A stretch of DNA of 58,339 nucleotides, taken from IMG/VR virus record IMGVR_UViG_3300032224_000787, positions 1-58,339 of that record. The stretch is one strand, 5' to 3'. This DNA comes from a virus. Its lineage: Duplodnaviria; Caudoviricetes. The translations under genes and the position numbers were made by a program. The number at the start of each line of letters is the position of its first letter. Positions within the stretch are counted from its first letter, which is position 1. Positions 54,561-58,339 of the stretch are shown piece after piece. A model generated the notes under the pieces. It made no database searches. It was not told the DNA's origin and saw nothing but the letters and a program-made list of their open reading frames with translations.

Positions 54561-55562
54561 ATGAAAAAATACATAGTATATAAAATAGTGTTTAGAGAAC
54601 ATATGGCAGTTTATGTTGGGTGTACAAGCAATTTAAAACAAAGACTAAGTCAGCATAGGGAGTGCAGAACAAACACTAGGATCTATAACTTTATTAAAAA
54701 AAATAATTTAGTAGATGATCTTGAGTTAATTCCTGTTGCTTCTTTTAATTCCAAGCGAGAAGCATTGACGTTTGAGAAGAGGTTTATATATAGAGTTAGT
54801 ACAATGACACTATATAACATTTTAAATCAAACGTGGACTAAGGAATGTAAATTCCCTGCCTCTGGACTTAGTGGAGAGTTAAGCAAGTCTTCTAAAGAGT
54901 GGGCCGTATTAAATCTAAAAAGCAAAGAAGTTATGAATGTCATATCTTTGAAGAGCTTTGGTGATAAAAACAACCTTAACTATAAAGATTTGCACGCTTG
55001 CGCATTAGGTAAAATTAATATCTCTCAAGGATATAAGTGCTTTAGAAAATCCGAATGGGATTCTTTTACTGATGAACAAAAAGATTATTACGCTTCTGAT
55101 GACTTCCTTAATAATCTAAAGGAAGTAAAGTCGCAAAAACTTTTTAATGTGAACGCAAAAGAATACATAGTGTTGACTCCTGATGGAGATAAGTTAAATG
55201 TAATTGGTTTAGATAGATACGCTGAATCAAAAGGACTTAACAAAGGTAACCTGGCCTCAACAGCAATGCCTAAAAATTACGGTAAGTATTGTAAAGGCTA
55301 TCGAGCATTTAGAATTAATGATTGGAATAATTTTACACAACAACAAATAAATGATATTTTAAGCGCATCTAAAACCTATCGAATTGCTGGGAAGCCTAAA
55401 CGTAAAGACGTAGGTAATCAGCAGCCAAGCTGTGGAAACACAGAAGGTTCAACGACTATCGAAAGCATGATTGATGAAAGTCAATTAGAAGCGAGTAGAG
55501 TAGGGCACAAGCTATTGGTGTCCGAAGCGGTAGGCATACGTAAGTATGATGATATAGTCTAA
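54561..55562 (+). CDS. Intron-encoded GIY-YIG homing endonuclease
   Basis: YIVYKI...YVGCTSNLKQRLSQH...E...N catalytic domain; two repeated C-terminal DNA-binding modules. Confidence 0.85.
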   Translation: MKKYIVYKIVFREHMAVYVGCTSNLKQRLSQHRECRTNTRIYNFIKKNNLVDDLELIPVASFNSKREALTFEKRFIYRVSTMTLYNILNQTWTKECKFPASGLSGELSKSSKEWAVLNLKSKEVMNVISLKSFGDKNNLNYKDLHACALGKINISQGYKCFRKSEWDSFTDEQKDYYASDDFLNNLKEVKSQKLFNVNAKEYIVLTPDGDKLNVIGLDRYAESKGLNKGNLASTAMPKNYGKYCKGYRAFRINDWNNFTQQQINDILSASKTYRIAGKPKRKDVGNQQPSCGNTEGSTTIESMIDESQLEASRVGHKLLVSEAVGIRKYDDIV

Positions 55563-55629
55563 TCTATATAGAAATATATAGCAGTTTAATAAACGGTTAT
55601 GAATTTAGCGAGTCATAATGAATATAATG

Positions 55630-56318
55630 TTAAAAGATCCTGTTTCAATTGGGGTATTGGCCGTGAGTTGTATGACTATCCTGTAATCTCTGTCAAGCTT
55701 AATGACAATGAATGGACAAAAGATGGTGGTCGACCTAAGCAAACGTATAACCTTAAGATCCGTGATTGGACTTGGTACTCTGAGTTCACTGATAATCGTG
55801 TATCATTCCTTGCCGCTAAGGATGAGAATGGTAAGGTGAGATTCAAGTGGGGTGAGATGAAACCTAAGCAAGAAGAACCTAAGTTCAAGCCTGCTGCTGC
55901 ACCTGTAGAAGTACAAGAAGAAGTACAACCTGCTCCAGTACAGGTAGCTGATGAAGCTAATGTCAAGGGCATACTTAAGCCACAAGCTGATGATGAATCT
56001 GATCCGGTACGTGATGCATTGATTTCTGAGTACAATCAGTTGTATGGTAAGAATCCTGATAAGCGAATGAAGAATGAGACAATCAAGAAAGCTATCCAGG
56101 ATAAGGTAGATGAGATACTTGATGAGGGCTTGACTGAAGAAAATAAATTTGAAGAGGAAACTATCTCTGATTACTTTGATTCGGTAAAATCAATTACTGA
56201 TCCTAAGCAGTTCATTCAATGGGCTAAGGATACGGTAGCTAAGTTTCCTGATGCGCCACAAGATTATGTGGATATGTTCAAAGAACTATGCAATGCTCAC
56301 TACAAATCTATTATGTAA
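55630..56318 (+). CDS. sak: Rad52/Sak-like annealing protein, exon 2
   Basis: KRSCFNWGIGRELYDYP; spliced CDS is 298+689=987 nt, in frame (328 aa). Confidence 0.85.
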
Positions 56319-56518
56319 TGGAGTACACTCGTGAGCAAAATCAACTTGTGTATACCTTGAAAAGAAGGATGCTTAAAATGGTTGAGGATTGCGCAACTAC
56401 TGAGTGCAGGTCTTCATTAAGCACTATGCGTAATGATGTTATTCATACACTTGAGTTGCTAGGATTCGAAGACAAAACTTCTATTGATTTATTTTTTAAC
56501 AAAGAAAACAATGATTGA
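56318..56518 (+). CDS. Hypothetical protein
   Basis: Likely start MEYTRE at 56318 (TAATG coupling). Confidence 0.55.
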   Translation: MEYTREQNQLVYTLKRRMLKMVEDCATTECRSSLSTMRNDVIHTLELLGFEDKTSIDLFFNKENND

Positions 56519-56993
56519 TATCTTTAAAGAAGATAGCGCAGGAATGGTTATAGCCTTGGATAATTTGTCTAAGGCTAACCTTTCTAGTATCGCTAGTCAA
56601 ATAGTAAGTACCTCTATTGACGGAGGTTACGAAGACCCAATTGAAGCTTACGTTAAAGCTAAAGGTGTCGCAGAAATTGCTGATCAAATCATGAACGGAC
56701 TGAAGCACTATGCTATTCAGGATGCGTATAAGTTTGAGAAGGATCAGAAAGTATTAGGTTGCTCGGTTGTTGTGAAGAACACACCTACTACCTACGACTA
56801 CTCACATAACGATGAATGGTCTGAGATAAATGACCAAATCGTATATCTTAAGGACCGTCAGAAAGAAATCGAGAAGCAGATGATTCAGGCTATGTCAGTT
56901 GCCCAGCTAATCGATAACGATGGCGTAGTAGTTGAGCCTGCTGTAATCAAGAAGAGTGGCTCAGAGACAATACAAATTACAATACCTAAGTAA
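56511..56993 (+). CDS. Conserved protein of the recombination module
   Basis: Likely start MIDIFK; YDYS...W...LKDRQKEIEK coiled coil; near the annealing-protein gene. Confidence 0.6.
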   Translation: MIDIFKEDSAGMVIALDNLSKANLSSIASQIVSTSIDGGYEDPIEAYVKAKGVAEIADQIMNGLKHYAIQDAYKFEKDQKVLGCSVVVKNTPTTYDYSHNDEWSEINDQIVYLKDRQKEIEKQMIQAMSVAQLIDNDGVVVEPAVIKKSGSETIQITIPK

Positions 56994-57187
56994 TGAAAAC
57001 AGCAGTAGAATGGTTAGTGCATGAATTAGGTTTAGATTGCACAACTGACCACGAAGATGAAATTCAAGAAGCCAAAGAAATGGAGAAGGAATATATAGTT
57101 AATGCTCATTATCAAGGATATAGACCTTCTATTGGTACTACAGAAATATCAGAAAAATACTTTAACGAAACCTTTAAATCAAAATAA
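56993..57187 (+). CDS. Conserved Bacteroidota-phage small protein
   Basis: KTAVEWL...AKEMEKE.I..A...EKYFNETFK. Confidence 0.7.
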   Translation: MKTAVEWLVHELGLDCTTDHEDEIQEAKEMEKEYIVNAHYQGYRPSIGTTEISEKYFNETFKSK

Positions 57188-57265
57188 GATGAGAAAATAC
57201 ATAGGGTATTATAATACCAACTTAATTATCAAAACACGGAATGTGAAACTTAAACAACAAGAACA

Positions 57266-57463
57266 ATGAAAATAATAAGGCGAACAATGAAACATTTTAT
57301 ATTAAGACTATTATTTGGTAAGCCATTAATTATGAGTGTTTATCAAGATAAGTATGGTAATAAGTATGGAGGATTTATACATGAACAAGATGATAAATCA
57401 TATGTTGATACAACTTCTCATATTGAAGAGCCAACTTATTTGGGTGAATTAAAAATATACTAA
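57266..57463 (+). CDS. Hypothetical protein
   Basis: ORF bounded by junction repeats. Confidence 0.6.
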   Translation: MKIIRRTMKHFILRLLFGKPLIMSVYQDKYGNKYGGFIHEQDDKSYVDTTSHIEEPTYLGELKIY

Positions 57464-57475
57464 ACAACAAGAACA

Positions 57476-57631
57476 ATGAAAGAGAAAGAAACAGGATGGG
57501 TATCTGCTTTAATTAAGTGTGACCTATGTGCTCATGAATCATTGTCAGTACATCATGTTTCTTGTGATAAGCTTGAGTGTGTTAATTGTGGGCATATGTC
57601 TCACTATGAAGTATTAGAAAATTATAAATAA
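57476..57631 (+). CDS. Small Zn-ribbon-like protein (51 aa), paralog of 161-316
   Basis: MKEKETGWVSALIKCDLCAHESLSVHHVSCDKLECVNCGHMSHYEVLENYK. Confidence 0.8.
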   Translation: MKEKETGWVSALIKCDLCAHESLSVHHVSCDKLECVNCGHMSHYEVLENYK

Positions 57632-57771
57632 ACAACAAGAATAATGATGATGATTAATTTATTTATATCCACTATTTTAATATTATTCACTATAATAATG
57701 GTTGGTATTAAACTAGAAGCAAAACTTATTAAAATTCAAGAAGACATTAATAAACTTAAACAACAAGAACA

Positions 57772-58086
57772 ATGAACATATCAGAAGCAATAGGGATATT
57801 GAGACTACACAGAAAATGGGAAAAAGGTGTAGACATTGTAAAGATTAGCACAGAAGACTTACAACTGGCAATAGATACAATCATTGACTTACTTGACCCT
57901 GAATTTATAGTAGGTATGACTCCAAATGCTTGGGACTTATCCTTCATACGTAAGTTACAGATAGAAATAGGTAAACTACCATATCACCAAGGATTAGATG
58001 ATGGTGGTTTTAATGATGGATTAACTCAAGGTTTTGAACAAGGAGCACAATGGGTATGGGATAACTTTAAACTAGAAGTAAAATGA
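57772..58086 (+). CDS. Hypothetical protein
   Basis: ORF starting in a junction repeat; GFEQGAQW motif. Confidence 0.65.
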   Translation: MNISEAIGILRLHRKWEKGVDIVKISTEDLQLAIDTIIDLLDPEFIVGMTPNAWDLSFIRKLQIEIGKLPYHQGLDDGGFNDGLTQGFEQGAQWVWDNFKLEVK

Positions 58087-58339
58087 AAACAGGAACATCA
58101 AGTCTTATGGACGGTAAAGATTACCAACAAAGAAAAGTTATGAGAATAGATGACATTAATGCAATGGCTGATGTAGACATAAGAGAGAATGAACGACTTG
58201 AGAAATTAGCTGAAGAACAATCTAAAATACTAGGTTGGGGAGAATATCAAGGACTTTCTGAACAAAATGGGTTTAAAGATGCATACATAAATGGATACAA
58301 CAAAGCAAAAGAAACTTTATATACAGAAAAACAAGTTAC

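Larger units (their letters stand above)
54514..55629 (+). mobile_element. Group I self-splicing intron (1116 nt) carrying a homing endonuclease
   Basis: 5' exon ends in U (54513), intron ends in G (55629); IGS GCGCATC 55363-69 pairs with exon GATGCGT; P10 GATATTTTAA 55353-62 vs exon 2 TTAAAAGATC; P AATTGCTGGGAA, Q AATCAGCAG, R GTTCAACGACTA, S GATATAGTCT; P3 CCTATCG/CGGTAGG. Confidence 0.92.
57251..57776 (+). repeat. Four copies of a 20-nt gene-junction repeat
   Basis: TAAACAACAAGAACAATGAA at 57251, 57461 and 57757; variant TAAACAACAAGAATAATGAT at 57629. Confidence 0.85.

Noticed and set aside
55599-55629. Independent start for ORF 55599-56318
   Set aside because: These first codons are the intron 3' end; the ORF is exon 2 of the annealing-protein gene
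1-58339. Stop-codon reassignment as in some crAss-like phages
   Set aside because: Long genes are intact in the standard code, and TAG and TGA end plausible genes; no suppressor tRNA was noticed

Overview
This window is part of a tailed dsDNA podovirus genome that uses the standard genetic code. The host is very likely Bacteroidota, because TAnnTTTG sigmaA -7 promoter boxes recur upstream of many genes. The minus strand (about 970-44230) carries a crAss-like virion module: terminase, portal, scaffold, major capsid, three ring/adaptor proteins, a large muzzle protein, four ejected/cargo proteins with a ferritin gene among them, tail fibres and a lysis cassette. A non-coding switch region (about 44240-45430) is followed by a plus-strand early/middle region of many small genes. 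No polymerase, primase, helicase or virion RNA polymerase is visible, so the genome probably extends beyond the window. The most striking feature is that the first early gene (45438-45824, a basic protein with an H1-like tail) is bracketed by two canonical type I hammerhead ribozymes with identical stem I strands (GGUUAA/UUAACC). Double cleavage would release a 477-nt RNA that can refold into a ligation-competent hammerhead, so it is a candidate phage-encoded circular mRNA. Other notable elements are a group I intron with a GIY-YIG endonuclease splitting a Rad52/Sak-type recombinase gene, a structured boxA-containing early leader RNA, and two promoter-proximal leaders whose terminator loops are complementary to their own 5' ends. 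All family assignments come from motif recognition by eye; no database search was run.
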